Source: Octopus vulgaris (Eukaryota). Taken from it: 64,000 nt of DNA. The notes under the pieces are model-generated. The model saw nothing but the letters and a program-made list of their open reading frames with translations, ran no database searches and was not told the origin of the DNA. Shown in pieces: positions 63,301 through 64,000 of the stretch; position 1 is the first letter of the stretch, and every line of letters begins with the position of its first letter. The DNA lies in contig OX597822.1 in assembly GCA_951406725.2 (NCBI GenBank), positions 104,470,001 through 104,534,000 on the forward strand, read 5' to 3'. The translations under genes were made by a program, and so were the position numbers.

Positions 63301-63943
63301 CAAAAAATAATAATAATAATAATGATAATGATGATGATGATGATAATAATAATAATAATGATGATGATGATGATGATGATAATAATAATAATAATCTTGA
63401 GAGGACATTGCTCCTTTTGTCTTCTATCAGAAAATCAGTTTTGATTCATCATTAATAAACATAAGGAGAAGATGAATATCTTAGATATCCTGTGGTGTTT
63501 GAAAGGAGTCCTGAAAAATAAATATTAGATTACCTTATTCCGATTCGTGATCAATTTTATTCAGGTTTCTGCAGCGTTTAGAAGAGACCAGCTATGTATC
63601 GTTTCCTCTGAGTGGAAGCTTGTCTTTTACAAATAAACTGTCCCCCCCCCACATAAGCCTTCCAGCTTTACAATAACGAAACACAAGTAAGAAATTTGAA
63701 ATTCCAACTTGCGAGCCATTTTATTGCGCCTCGGAAAATTACGTAAATTAACGAATAAAATGATATAAATAGTTGGTAAATATGTTACGTAGCAAAATGT
63801 CGGGAAGGATAATGAATTGAACTGGATATCCGGAATAAAGTGTTGTGTGTCTTCAACAAAGAGACGACTTAGAAGTATGGAAGAAAAAGATCAACTGTCG
63901 TAATTACAAACATAAATACATATATGTATATGTATATGTATAT

Positions 63944-64000
63944 GCAGGAGTCGCTGTGTGGTAAGTAGCTTGCTAACCAACCACATGGTTCCGGGTTCAG
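63944..64000 (+). mobile_element. SINE family C head (truncated by window end)
   Basis: GCAGGAGTCGCTGTGTGGTAAGTAGCTTGCTAACCAACCACATGGTTCCGGGTTCAG. Confidence 0.8.

Overview
AT-rich, microsatellite-dense, repeat-dominated animal DNA. The SINE families and repeat landscape look like an octopus (coleoid cephalopod) genome, but this is pattern recognition and has not been verified. No intact host protein-coding gene is visible, and nearly all ORFs in the track are translations of microsatellites or SINEs. Supported content: (1) three or more tRNA-derived SINE families in many copies; (2) 5'-truncated non-LTR retrotransposons, namely R4/Dong-type RT-REL elements stacked in (AAT)n tracts plus CR1-like and L1/Tx1-like 3' ends; (3) decayed Tc1, maT(DD37D)-like and pogo-like transposases, non-autonomous Helitrons, and a MITE with an 8-bp TSD; (4) a Penelope-like GIY-YIG remnant; (5) an RPL36A (eL42) processed pseudogene fused head-to-head to an inverted copy of itself, forming a hairpin with ~220-bp arms; (6) a C2H2 zinc-finger relic. 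The most notable signal is a set of at least 8 type I hammerhead ribozyme motifs, most with palindromic stem III. They lie in several sequence-distinct small modules that sit in or next to (TA)n tracts, often the internal microsatellite of one SINE family. One module is a terminally redundant 429-nt unit resembling a retrozyme or circular-RNA monomer. Activity, expression and novelty cannot be established from sequence alone.
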